Assembly (NCBI GenBank): GCA_016176335.1
Contig: JACOXI010000006.1
Location: 12,788-76,787 of the forward strand
Origin: Candidatus Daviesbacteria bacterium
GTDB lineage: Bacteria; Patescibacteriota; Microgenomatia; Daviesbacterales; UBA10151
Direction: 5' to 3'
DNA length: 64,000 nucleotides
Shown here: positions 55,625 through 64,000 of the stretch, in pieces
Layout of the letters: each line of letters begins with the position of its first letter
Position numbering within the stretch: position 1 is the first letter of the stretch
Made by a program: the position numbers and the translations under genes
Notes under the pieces: model-generated
The model's input: the letters and a program-made list of their open reading frames with translations, nothing else
Told to the model about the DNA's origin: nothing
Database searches by the model: none

Positions 55625-57023
55625 TTTAAAAATCAAAATGCAAAAATCAAAATTACAAATCAAAAATCAAAATTTAACAGAATTAACTTTAACAGAAACT
55701 TTAAGAGCTCTAGAAGAAAAGCAATTTTCGCTGGAGGAATTGAATAAAAATTATCTGGAAAGGATTGAAAAATATAATCCGCAGCTTAATGCCTATCTTC
55801 ATATAAACCAAGACAATAAAAAAATCCCTGCTGCTATAAAAGATGTTATATCTACAAGAGGAGTTCCTACAACTGCTTCATCAAAAGTTTTGCAAGGATA
55901 TATCCCCCCGTATGATTCAACGGTAATAAATCGTTTATTGGAAAATGGTATATCGATTATCGGAAAGACAAACTGTGATGAGTTTGCCATGGGTGGATCT
56001 GGGGAAAATTCAGCATATGGCCCGACAAAAAACCCTTGGGATATAAACAAAGTTTCAGGTGGTTCTTCTTCCGGCTCGGCAGTTGCTGTTGCAGCAGACC
56101 TTTGTGTTTTTGCACTGGGTTCTGACACAGGCGGCTCTGTCAGACAGCCAGCATCTTTTACAGGGATTGTTGGATTAAAACCTTCCTATGGTCGTGTTTC
56201 AAGGTATGGGCTAATTGCCATGGCCTCTTCTTTAGACCAAATCGGTCCTATGACCAAATCAGTTGAGGATGCGGCTTTGGTTTTAGATTGGATTTCAGGA
56301 GAAGACGGATATGATTCAAATTGTATAAATTCCAAATTCCAAATAACAAATAACAAATTGCAACAAGGTGTAAAAGGACTAACAATAGGAATGCCGAAGG
56401 AATATTTTGGAGTGGGATTAGATCCCAAAGTGGAAAAAGTTATTAAAGATGCCATAAAAAAGCTGGAGGAGTTAGGGGGGGAAACTATAGAAATAAGTTT
56501 GCCTCATAGCCAGTATGCATTAGCCGCCTATTATGTCATTGTTCCATCTGAAGTTTCATCTAACATGGCCCGCTACGATGGCATCAGATTTGGTAAGGAC
56601 AGAGAAAGTATAGGTCAGGAGGTTAAAAGGAGAATAATGCTAGGGACTTATTCCTTATCTTCGGGTTATTGGGAAGATTATTATGCCAAAGCTGCAAAGG
56701 TAAGGGCTTTAATAAAACAGGATTTTGAAAAAGCATTTGCTAACGTGGATATTATAGTAGGTCCGGTCTCCCCCACCGTAGCATGGAATTTGGGAGAAAA
56801 AATGGATGATCCGTTGACTATGTATTTATCTGATATCTATACAATTTCTGCCAATTTAGCAGGAATACCGGGATTATCTGTCCCTTGTGGATCTTCTGAC
56901 GGTCTTCCGGTAGGTCTTCAGATTTTAGGTAAGCAGTGGGATGAAGAAACTATTTTAAGGGTGGGATATGCATATGAACAAGTAACGGGTTGGCATAACA
57001 AGAAACCTAAATTAGATTTATGA
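55614..57023 (+). CDS. gatA: Glu-tRNA(Gln) amidotransferase subunit A
   Basis: Amidase signature GGSSSGSAVAVAAD. N-terminus encoded by the AAAATCAAAAT tandem repeat. Confidence 0.9.
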   Translation: MQNNLKIKMQKSKLQIKNQNLTELTLTETLRALEEKQFSLEELNKNYLERIEKYNPQLNAYLHINQDNKKIPAAIKDVISTRGVPTTASSKVLQGYIPPYDSTVINRLLENGISIIGKTNCDEFAMGGSGENSAYGPTKNPWDINKVSGGSSSGSAVAVAADLCVFALGSDTGGSVRQPASFTGIVGLKPSYGRVSRYGLIAMASSLDQIGPMTKSVEDAALVLDWISGEDGYDSNCINSKFQITNNKLQQGVKGLTIGMPKEYFGVGLDPKVEKVIKDAIKKLEELGGETIEISLPHSQYALAAYYVIVPSEVSSNMARYDGIRFGKDRESIGQEVKRRIMLGTYSLSSGYWEDYYAKAAKVRALIKQDFEKAFANVDIIVGPVSPTVAWNLGEKMDDPLTMYLSDIYTISANLAGIPGLSVPCGSSDGLPVGLQILGKQWDEETILRVGYAYEQVTGWHNKKPKLDL

Positions 57024-57053
57024 TTTAAGATTTAAGATTTAGGATTTAAGAAT

Positions 57054-58424
57054 ATGAATAAATATCAACCAGTCATAGGTCTAGAAGTACACGTAGAACT
57101 TAATACTAAAAGTAAGATGTTTTGCAGATGTTCTGCGGATTATTTTGGCAAAGAGCCTAATACACACACATGCCCGGTATGTCTGGGGCTGCCCGGAGCT
57201 TTGCCTTATATTAATCAGCAGGCAATAGATGATTGTATAAAAATAGGCTTAGCTTTAAATTGCCAAATTGCAGAAAAATCCCTTTTTGAAAGGAAAAATT
57301 ATTTTTATCCGGATCTTCCTAAAGGTTACCAGATTTCTCAATACAGATGGCCTTTGTGCACAAATGGAAAATTGATGATTGATGATGGAAAAATAATAAG
57401 AATCAACAGAGTTCATCAGGAAGAAGATACAGGAAAGCTAACTCACACAAAGGACGGAACACTGATAGACTTTAATAGAAGTGGAGTTCCGCTTGTGGAG
57501 ATTGTGACTGAACCTGATTTTACAAATGTAGAAGAGGTTAGAGAATATGCCAAAAAACTGCAGCAGCTTTTTAGGTACTTAGATGTTTCTAATGCGGATA
57601 TGGAGCGTGGCGATATGCGACTGGAGGCCAATGTAAGCGTAAAGCGTCAAGCCGCCGAAGGCCCGTTGCTTCGCCACGAGGCGAGCGAGCCCCGCCAAAG
57701 GCGGGGGGAAAGTGAATTACCAAATTACAGAGTAGAACTGAAGAACATTAATTCATTTAGATTTATGGTGGCGGCAATTGAGCATGAAATTAAACGACAA
57801 ATTACCGAAATCGAGGCAGGCAAAAAACTGACTCAAGAAACCAGAGGGTGGAATGAAGACAAAAAGTGTACATATTTGCAAAGGAGTAAGGAAGAGGCTC
57901 ATGATTACCGCTATTTTCCCGAACCGGATCTCCCTGAATTAATTTTGAACCCCAAAAAAATCCAACAAATAAAAAGTTCATTACCGGAATTGCCTTGGGA
58001 TAAAGCTAAAAGATACCAAAATGAATTTGGAATTAAAAAAGCAGATGCGAAGATCCTTTCGGAATCCAAAGAAGTGGCGGAATTTTTTGAGGAAGCAGTT
58101 GAACATGGCAAAAAACACCAAGTCGCCCCCCAAGATATTGCAAACTATATAGTTAACCAAAAACCGGATATAACTTCTGTCTTGCCAACACAAGCAGTAG
58201 AGGAGATAAAAGGGAAAAAAGTAGGGGTGATTGAGGATTTAAAGGAATTAGAAAAGTTGGCAAAAAAGTCAATGGAAGAAAATCAGAAAGCTTTGGAAGA
58301 TTACAAAAAAGGTAAGACAGAGGCGATCCAAGTCTTAATTGGTGGGGTGATGAAAATATCCTCGGGTAAAGCTGATAGCAGAAAAGTAAAAGAGGTTTTA
58401 GAAAAACTTTTAAAGAGTAAATGA
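57054..58424 (+). CDS. gatB: Glu-tRNA(Gln) amidotransferase subunit B, carrying a ~22-codon in-frame GC-rich insertion
   Basis: QPVIGLEVHVELNTKSKMFCRC... Insert QAAEGPLLRHEASEPRQRRGES lies between the conserved NVSVK and RVELKNINSF blocks. Confidence 0.9.
   Translation: MNKYQPVIGLEVHVELNTKSKMFCRCSADYFGKEPNTHTCPVCLGLPGALPYINQQAIDDCIKIGLALNCQIAEKSLFERKNYFYPDLPKGYQISQYRWPLCTNGKLMIDDGKIIRINRVHQEEDTGKLTHTKDGTLIDFNRSGVPLVEIVTEPDFTNVEEVREYAKKLQQLFRYLDVSNADMERGDMRLEANVSVKRQAAEGPLLRHEASEPRQRRGESELPNYRVELKNINSFRFMVAAIEHEIKRQITEIEAGKKLTQETRGWNEDKKCTYLQRSKEEAHDYRYFPEPDLPELILNPKKIQQIKSSLPELPWDKAKRYQNEFGIKKADAKILSESKEVAEFFEEAVEHGKKHQVAPQDIANYIVNQKPDITSVLPTQAVEEIKGKKVGVIEDLKELEKLAKKSMEENQKALEDYKKGKTEAIQVLIGGVMKISSGKADSRKVKEVLEKLLKSK
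57645..57712. repeat. GC-rich palindromic element inserted in-frame within gatB (hairpin CCCCGCCaaaGGCGGGG)
   Basis: ~66-nt stretch of much higher GC than the surrounding gene. Contains CCCCGCC/GGCGGGG and CGAAG/CTTCG stems. Its reverse complement resembles the 13984-14102 core. Confidence 0.6.
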
Positions 58425-58494
58425 ACTTCCCTCTTGAAATGGGTCTTAAGAGTACTGGTAGAATAGCTATGTTAAATCGTCATGACGGAAACTT

Positions 58495-61400
58495 ATGGCT
58501 AAATTTGTTCATCTTCACGGACATACGGAATACTCACTTCTAGATGGATTATCCAAAATCCCAAACTTGGTTAAAAAAGTCAAAGAATTAGGAATGGATG
58601 CTGTGGCAATCACCGATCACGGAGCAATGTATGGGGCCATTGAATTTTATAAAGCCTGCCAAGAAGCTGGCATAAAACCAATTATAGGTGTGGAGATGTA
58701 TATTGCCAAAAGGTCTCATAAAGACAAAGAGGGGAAAGTTGATAGCGAACCATTTCATCTGACAGTGCTAGCCCAAGATTACCAAGGCTATCTAAACCTA
58801 ATGAAACTAACAACTATTGCCCACTGTGATGGTTACTACTGGCGCCCCAGGGTAGACAAAAAACTGCTCAAAGAATTTAGCAAGGGTCTAATAGGTTTAT
58901 CAGGATGCCCTTCCGGAGAATTTATCAGATCACTTCAGGATGAAGATTACAAAAAAGCAGAAGAAACCATAAAAAGTTATCAGGAAATATTCGGAGAGGA
59001 AAATTTTTTTCTGGAAATACAGAACCACCCTTATCAGCAGTCTTTTGACAATTCCGAGGATGAGATTGTGAGGCAGGATTTACAAAGATTATTACAGATT
59101 CAAGATAAGACAAAGGGGGCAGTAAAAGATTTATCCGCAAAAATGGGCATCAGAATTGTTGCGACCAATGATTATCACTATGTTGAAAAAACTGATGCAG
59201 AAGCCCAGGATGCACTTCTTTGCATACAAACAGGAAAATTTTTATCCGAAACCCAAAGATTAAGAATGATTGATACTCCGGACTACTTTGTAAAATCCGC
59301 CGAGGAGATGGAAGAAAATTTCAGAGATTTGCCGGAAGCTTTAGAAAATACAGTGAAGATTGCGGCATCTTGTGATTTGGAAATACCTTTAGGTATAGCA
59401 AGATTTCCGGTCTTTAAAACCCCACAGGATAAAACATCAATGGAGTATTTGAGGAGACTGACTTACAAAATGGGTAAAGAAAGAATCAGGCTGACGAAAA
59501 AAATCAGTGACAGGATTGAATATGAACTTGGGGTAATTGAGCAGAAAAAATATGCTGATTATTTTTTGGTTGTTGCTGATTTTATGGAGTGGGCGCACCA
59601 GCGAGGCATCATCACAAATACCCGCGGATCTGCCGCAGGTTCCATGGTTTTGTATTGTTTGGGTGTTACCAACCTAAACCCGCTGGACTATCTTTTACCT
59701 TTTGAAAGATTTTTAACTATTCACAGGCCAACCCTGCCTGATATTGATGTGGATATAGCGGATGATAGAAGAGATGAGGTGATCGAATATGTTATGAAAA
59801 AATACGGAGAAGACAGAGTTGCACACATAGTTACTTTCGGAACAATGATGGGGAGAGCGGCAATAAGGGATGTTGGCAGGGTTTTGGGCATGGCGTATTC
59901 GGAAGTTGACAAGATAGCAAAACTAATCCCCCCGCCTCACCAGGGATTTCATAAGCCGCTTTCGGAGGTAATAAAGGAAGTTTCCGAACTGATGCAATTG
60001 TACAAAGATAATCCTCGAGTAAAAAAGTTACTCGATTTGGCGGTCAAGATTGAAGGAACTATCAGACATGCATCAATGCATGCTGCAGGCATTGTTATTT
60101 CACCGGATGACATTACCGGTTTTACTCCACTGCAAAGGGAGGCAAATGGAGAAAAATTAGTTTCTCAATATGACATGTTCTCTGTTGAAGATGCAGGTTT
60201 GGTAAAGATGGATCTTTTGGGAATAAGAAATTTGTCAATTTTGGGCAAAGCTCGCGAATATGTCGGGGAAAATCAAAAGATCCAAGTTGATCTAAACAAA
60301 ATTCCTTTAAGCGACAAAAAAACATTCGAGCTTTTGGCAAAAGGTGACACCATGGGGATCTTTCAATTGTCCTCCTCCGGCATGACAAGGTATTTGGTGG
60401 AGTTAAAGCCTTCAAGTATTGCGGATTTGGCTGCTATGGTTGCTTTATACAGACCAGGTCCTTTGGGGGTGATCCCGGAATATATACAAAGAAAGCACAA
60501 TCCTAAACTTATTAAATATCTGGATTTGAGAATGAAAGAGTATATGGAGCAATCATTGGGTCTTTTGGTTTATCAGGAGGATGTTTTATTTACTGCCATA
60601 AATATAGCCGGTTACTCTTGGGAAGAGGCTGATAAATTAAGAAAAGCTATGGGTAAGAAAAAGCCTGCCGAGATGGCCAAACAAAAAGGGCATTTTATAG
60701 ATGGATGTGTTGCAAACGGAATGAGAAGGGATAAGGCAGAGGCTATTTTTGCTCTAATCGCACCCTTTGCTGCTTATGGATTTCCCAAGGCTCATGCCGC
60801 CTCCTATGCCATGGTCGCCTACCAGACAGCTTATATGAAAGCCAATTTCCCGGTTGAATTTATGGCGGCTGTTATGACTGCCGAATCTGATGATACGGAT
60901 AAAATTGCCGCGGCGATAGAAGAGTGCAAAAGGTTGGGGATTGTGGTTTTACCGCCGGATATCAACAAGTCAGGAGTGGGATTTTCCTTAGAAAGGCTGA
61001 TTAATCTATCCAAGGAAGATTTGGAAAGAAGCTTGAGTGTATCCTCCGATACTAAAGCAAGGCAGGGTATTCGGTTTGGCTTGTCTGCCATTAAAAATGT
61101 GGGGGTTTTGGCCATTGAATCAATCCTGAAGGCCAGGGGAGATGGTGAATTCATCAGTTTAGCAGATTTATGCTTACGGGTGGATACCAGACTGGTTAAT
61201 AGAAAAACTTTGGAGAGTCTGATAAAAGCAGGAGCTTTGGATACTTTGGGTTTGAGATCCGCCCAACTTTTGATCTTAGATCAGGTATTGGAAGAGAGCC
61301 ATAAAGATTCAAAGAGTAAATTATCCGGTCAAGTTTCTTTATTTGACTCTTTGGAAGATAAAGGCTCAATGGGCAATAAACTCCCTGATGTTTCGGAATT

Positions 61401-62049
61401 ACCTTTGGAACAACTGCTTATCTTTGAAAGAGATTTATTAGGTTTTTATCTGCACGAACCCCCCTATCTTTCGACATTACAAAAGATTGGTCAGCATGTT
61501 TCATATAAGATTGCCGATCTGCATGAGGAGTTTATCGGACAAAAACTTGTTTTGGGAGGAGTGATAACGGAGGTAAAAAGGGTTTTTACCAAAAAGAGTA
61601 ATGCGGAGATGGCATTTGTCAGAATTTCCGATGGAATTTCCGGTATTGATTGTGTCATATTTCCTACAATCTTTGAGGAAAGCAAGCGTTTTCTTATCAA
61701 GGATCAGGTAATTATAGCCGCCGGGCGTCTTGACAAAAGGGAGGAGGAAATATCACTGGTTGTAGAAAAAATAAACTTGTTTGACCCTGAAAGTACTTCT
61801 GAAATATTTATAAGTCAAACTATGATAGAGATTTATGTACCTTCGGGCAGTGATGTAACTATTTTGCAGGCAATCAACAGGACATTAAGAAGTTTTCCGG
61901 GAAAGATTCCGGTGACATTGATTTTGCCCAGCGATGGGCAGCAATCGAGAAGAATGAATTTGCCTTTTTCTGTTGATCCCAACTCATCTTTACAAGAGGA
62001 GGTTGTAAAACTTTTAGGCGAGGGAGCCTTTAAGAGGACCCGTGCATAA
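58495..62049 (+). CDS. dnaE: DNA polymerase III alpha subunit
   Basis: PHP N-terminus ([15 protein letters not shown]), 1184 aa. Confidence 0.95.
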   Translation: MAKFVHLHGHTEYSLLDGLSKIPNLVKKVKELGMDAVAITDHGAMYGAIEFYKACQEAGIKPIIGVEMYIAKRSHKDKEGKVDSEPFHLTVLAQDYQGYLNLMKLTTIAHCDGYYWRPRVDKKLLKEFSKGLIGLSGCPSGEFIRSLQDEDYKKAEETIKSYQEIFGEENFFLEIQNHPYQQSFDNSEDEIVRQDLQRLLQIQDKTKGAVKDLSAKMGIRIVATNDYHYVEKTDAEAQDALLCIQTGKFLSETQRLRMIDTPDYFVKSAEEMEENFRDLPEALENTVKIAASCDLEIPLGIARFPVFKTPQDKTSMEYLRRLTYKMGKERIRLTKKISDRIEYELGVIEQKKYADYFLVVADFMEWAHQRGIITNTRGSAAGSMVLYCLGVTNLNPLDYLLPFERFLTIHRPTLPDIDVDIADDRRDEVIEYVMKKYGEDRVAHIVTFGTMMGRAAIRDVGRVLGMAYSEVDKIAKLIPPPHQGFHKPLSEVIKEVSELMQLYKDNPRVKKLLDLAVKIEGTIRHASMHAAGIVISPDDITGFTPLQREANGEKLVSQYDMFSVEDAGLVKMDLLGIRNLSILGKAREYVGENQKIQVDLNKIPLSDKKTFELLAKGDTMGIFQLSSSGMTRYLVELKPSSIADLAAMVALYRPGPLGVIPEYIQRKHNPKLIKYLDLRMKEYMEQSLGLLVYQEDVLFTAINIAGYSWEEADKLRKAMGKKKPAEMAKQKGHFIDGCVANGMRRDKAEAIFALIAPFAAYGFPKAHAASYAMVAYQTAYMKANFPVEFMAAVMTAESDDTDKIAAAIEECKRLGIVVLPPDINKSGVGFSLERLINLSKEDLERSLSVSSDTKARQGIRFGLSAIKNVGVLAIESILKARGDGEFISLADLCLRVDTRLVNRKTLESLIKAGALDTLGLRSAQLLILDQVLEESHKDSKSKLSGQVSLFDSLEDKGSMGNKLPDVSELPLEQLLIFERDLLGFYLHEPPYLSTLQKIGQHVSYKIADLHEEFIGQKLVLGGVITEVKRVFTKKSNAEMAFVRISDGISGIDCVIFPTIFEESKRFLIKDQVIIAAGRLDKREEEISLVVEKINLFDPESTSEIFISQTMIEIYVPSGSDVTILQAINRTLRSFPGKIPVTLILPSDGQQSRRMNLPFSVDPNSSLQEEVVKLLGEGAFKRTRA

Positions 62050-62077
62050 TTTTCCTTTTTATGTTAAGATTTTGTAC

Positions 62078-62392
62078 ATGATTTCAACTCAAATTGGTGA
62101 GCAGCTCATTCATATTGGAGATACTATCCGGGTACACAGTCAGGTTGTAGAAGGTACTAAATCGAGAATTCAAGTTTTTGAGGGGATATTGATCAGGTTA
62201 AAAGGTAGAGGAGAAAATAAGACTTTTTCAGTAAGAAAAATTGGAGCCGGGGGAGTAGGGGTTGAGAGAACCTGGCCGCTGAACAGTAAGAGTATAGTCA
62301 AAATAGAAGTGAAGAAAAAAACAACTGGGGTTAGAAGATCAAAGCTATATTACCTTCGAAATCTGACTGGAAGAGAAGCGGTAAGGGTATAA
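62078..62392 (+). CDS. rplS: 50S ribosomal protein L19
   Basis: [30 protein letters not shown]...[16 protein letters not shown]. Confidence 0.9.
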   Translation: MISTQIGEQLIHIGDTIRVHSQVVEGTKSRIQVFEGILIRLKGRGENKTFSVRKIGAGGVGVERTWPLNSKSIVKIEVKKKTTGVRRSKLYYLRNLTGREAVRV

Positions 62393-62412
62393 TCTATACT
62401 TTATACTTACTC

Positions 62413-63027
62413 ATGATATTTCCTACTCTCAATATCGAGAAGAAACTCTGGAGTTTGGGTTATAACTACATTTGTGGTCTTGATGAAGTTGGCAGAGGCT
62501 GTTTTGCCGGCCCTGTTTGTGTGGGTGCTGTTATTTTTCCCAAAGACTGTGAATTACTTGAAGGGCTGGCTGATTCTAAACTTCTGAAACCCAGACAAAG
62601 AGAGCAATTAGCGGTCAGAATTAAGAATCAAGCTGTAAACTGGACTGTTGCGGAAGTAGGTGTGGCCACTATAAATAAGTTAGGTATTGGCAAAGCAACT
62701 CAAATGGCATTCAGGAAGGCTACTAAACTTCTTGATCAACATCCAGATTATATCTTAATAGATGCTTTTTACATTAGACATTTAAGAAGAATTAGACAAA
62801 AAGCTGTTGCCGACGGAGATAAAATTTGTGCCTCCATTTCTGCTGCTTCTATTATTGCCAAGGTTTACAGGGATAAATTGATGAAAAAATTAGCCGTGAA
62901 ATACCCGCTATATAAATTTGGAAAACACAAGGGATATGGAACGAAGTTTCACCAAGAAGCTATTAGAAAATATGGGTTATCAAAAATTCACAGAACATCT
63001 TTTAATTTGAGTAGATTTATGATTTAA
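62413..63027 (+). CDS. rnhB: Ribonuclease HII
   Basis: ICGLDEVGRGCFAGPVCVGAVIF. Confidence 0.9.
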   Translation: MIFPTLNIEKKLWSLGYNYICGLDEVGRGCFAGPVCVGAVIFPKDCELLEGLADSKLLKPRQREQLAVRIKNQAVNWTVAEVGVATINKLGIGKATQMAFRKATKLLDQHPDYILIDAFYIRHLRRIRQKAVADGDKICASISAASIIAKVYRDKLMKKLAVKYPLYKFGKHKGYGTKFHQEAIRKYGLSKIHRTSFNLSRFMI

Positions 63028-63045
63028 GGTTGAAGATAATAAATC

Positions 63046-63405
63046 ATGAGCAATAAACAGACAGGGGATCAGGGAGAAGATTTAGCTTGTGAGTATCTGC
63101 AAAAACAAGGCTATAAAATCTTGGAAAGGAATTACAGGATAAGGGGTGGGGAGATTGATATTGTAGCACGCGACGGGGACACTTTGGTGTTTGTGGAAGT
63201 GAAAGCCCGCTCCTCACATGAATTCGGTCCACCTTCGGAGTCTATGACTCCTTGGAAAATAAAAGCCCTTGTAAAATGTGCCATGTTTTACGTTTCGAAA
63301 ATCAACTGGGGCAATAAGGAATACAGGTTGGATTTTGTCTCAATTGATTTTGCAGATAATAAGGAGAATCCTGTTATAGAATTAATTAGGAATATAACGG
63401 AATAG
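63046..63405 (+). CDS. yraN: YraN/UPF0102 family endonuclease
   Basis: GDQGEDLACEYLQKQGYKILERNYR...GEIDIVARDGDTLVFVEVKAR. Confidence 0.85.
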   Translation: MSNKQTGDQGEDLACEYLQKQGYKILERNYRIRGGEIDIVARDGDTLVFVEVKARSSHEFGPPSESMTPWKIKALVKCAMFYVSKINWGNKEYRLDFVSIDFADNKENPVIELIRNITE

Positions 63406-63494
63406 ATCCTTCGACCCATTCGACTGTCGTTCAGGGTCGCACTGAGCTTGTCGAACGTGCGACTCGCTTCGATCGCTCAGGATGACACTCTGTG
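63406..63494. repeat. GC-rich structured intergenic element between convergent genes (hairpin GTCGCAC-N15-GTGCGAC; core ACTCGCTTCGATCGCTCAGGA)
   Basis: GC well above the genome background. Shares the CTCGCTTCG core with 13984-14102 and a TTCGAT...CTCAGGA block with 40879-40896. Confidence 0.5.
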
Positions 63495-64000
63495 TCACTT
63501 CTTAATCTTGTGGTTTCCTTCAACCGCAAAGGGGATTTCTTCCCAGTCATGAGTTTTTCTAATCTTCTTATTGTAATGCCACATAGTTTCCAAAAGCGAC
63601 GCATCCACCCCCATTTTTTTAAACTCCCCTATTAAAGCTACCAAATCTTTGGGAAAACACTTGCCTCCAAATCCTCTTAAAGTGGTGACCTCTAAATGAA
63701 AATCTCCGATTCTATGATCGACAGCTGCCATTTTTTTAACTTCTTCGTATTTTATCCCCAATTTTTGGCAGTAATCATAAAAATAATTTGCAAAAGTAAC
63801 TTTCAAAGAAAGGAAAGCATTAGCAAAGTACTTAACTGTTTCAGCAGTGGTGGGATCTGTTAAAAAGATCTGTGTCTTTGGGAATCTTTGTTTAAAGATG
63901 ACTGCCACTCTTCTTGCAACCAGATCATTATTTGTTCCAATTACGGTTCTTTCAGCATTAATAAAATCATCCAGAAAATTTGCTTCAGTCAAAAATTCCG
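63495..64000 (-). CDS. UDP-glucose/GDP-mannose 6-dehydrogenase family, C-terminal part (5' end beyond the window)
   Basis: GFGGKCFPKD motif and UDPG_MGDP_dh C-terminal region. ORF is open to the window end. Confidence 0.75.
   Translation of the reverse strand, partial: EFLTEANFLDDFINAERTVIGTNNDLVARRVAVIFKQRFPKTQIFLTDPTTAETVKYFANAFLSLKVTFANYFYDYCQKLGIKYEEVKKMAAVDHRIGDFHLEVTTLRGFGGKCFPKDLVALIGEFKKMGVDASLLETMWHYNKKIRKTHDWEEIPFAVEGNHKIKK

Noticed and set aside
63436-63496. Hairpins GTCGCAC-N15-GTGCGAC and GACACtctGTGTC as a bidirectional terminator for yraN/ugd
   Set aside because: They are plausible but lack flanking U-tracts on either strand. They are kept within the GC-rich element feature rather than called as terminators.
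38-64000. Numerous 60-150-aa ORFs on the strand opposite to, or out of frame within, well-supported genes (e.g. 38-289-, 870-1058-, 2312-2527-, 9788-10157-, 10515-10913-, 19494-19838-, 20013-20462-, 23719-23994-, 31057-31437-, 55799-56128-)
   Set aside because: They lie entirely within longer ORFs that carry strong conserved-domain signatures, have low-complexity composition and lack plausible starts. They were treated as shadow ORFs.
1-64000. CRISPR arrays, rRNA genes, integrases/transposases, group II introns
   Set aside because: No regularly spaced repeats of 24-48 bp were found. No rRNA-like conserved stretches were found. No ORF has tyrosine- or serine-recombinase, DDE or reverse-transcriptase motifs.

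Overview
This 64-kb window is AT-rich with compact, mostly co-directional genes. It looks like a Patescibacteria/CPR-type genome; this is an inference from small, domain-reduced Mur enzymes, a eukaryote-like IleRS and a dcw cluster lacking murC/murD/ddl. Content in order along the + strand: (1) A cell-envelope glycan locus at 1-10653 with GT4 glycosyltransferases, an acetyltransferase, an O-antigen-ligase-like protein, a GT-C membrane transferase, the priming sugar transferase and a large membrane-anchored unknown. (2) recO, glyQS and a hypothetical. (3) A complete but unusual division/cell-wall cluster (mraZ-rsmH-ftsL-ftsI-murE-murB(truncated)-murA-murF-mraY-ftsW-murG-ftsQ-ftsA-ftsZ), preceded by a four-repeat, 10-bp-phased MraZ operator. 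(4) ileS, rodA, rplU, rpmA, parB, lepB and tRNA-Val. (5) An ~8-kb island of 14 minus-strand accessory genes (34.8-42.7 kb). It carries two LexA/S24-type repressors, a lexA-methyltransferase-HNH operon, a tightly overlapped operon of S24 repressor + GIY-YIG + Hjc-like + Zn-ribbon PD-(D/E)xK nucleases, a DUF5678/retropepsin-like pair, a RhuM/DinD-like gene flanked by 30-bp direct repeats, and a 3-gene cassette flanked by 14-bp tRNA-T-arm-like direct repeats. (6) A second glycan locus (flippase, methyltransferase, GT2, Wzy-like, GT-C, TPR membrane protein) with tRNA-Gly and tRNA-Thr. (7) LysM protein, tRNA-Asp abutting polX, lemA, htpX, an NYN-domain gene carrying a duplicated gatC 5' end, gatCAB (gatB with an in-frame GC-rich palindromic insertion), dnaE, rplS, rnhB, yraN and a partial ugd. 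No rRNA, CRISPR array or integrase/transposase was recognised. The most interesting candidates for a new system are the LexA-linked nuclease modules in the island.
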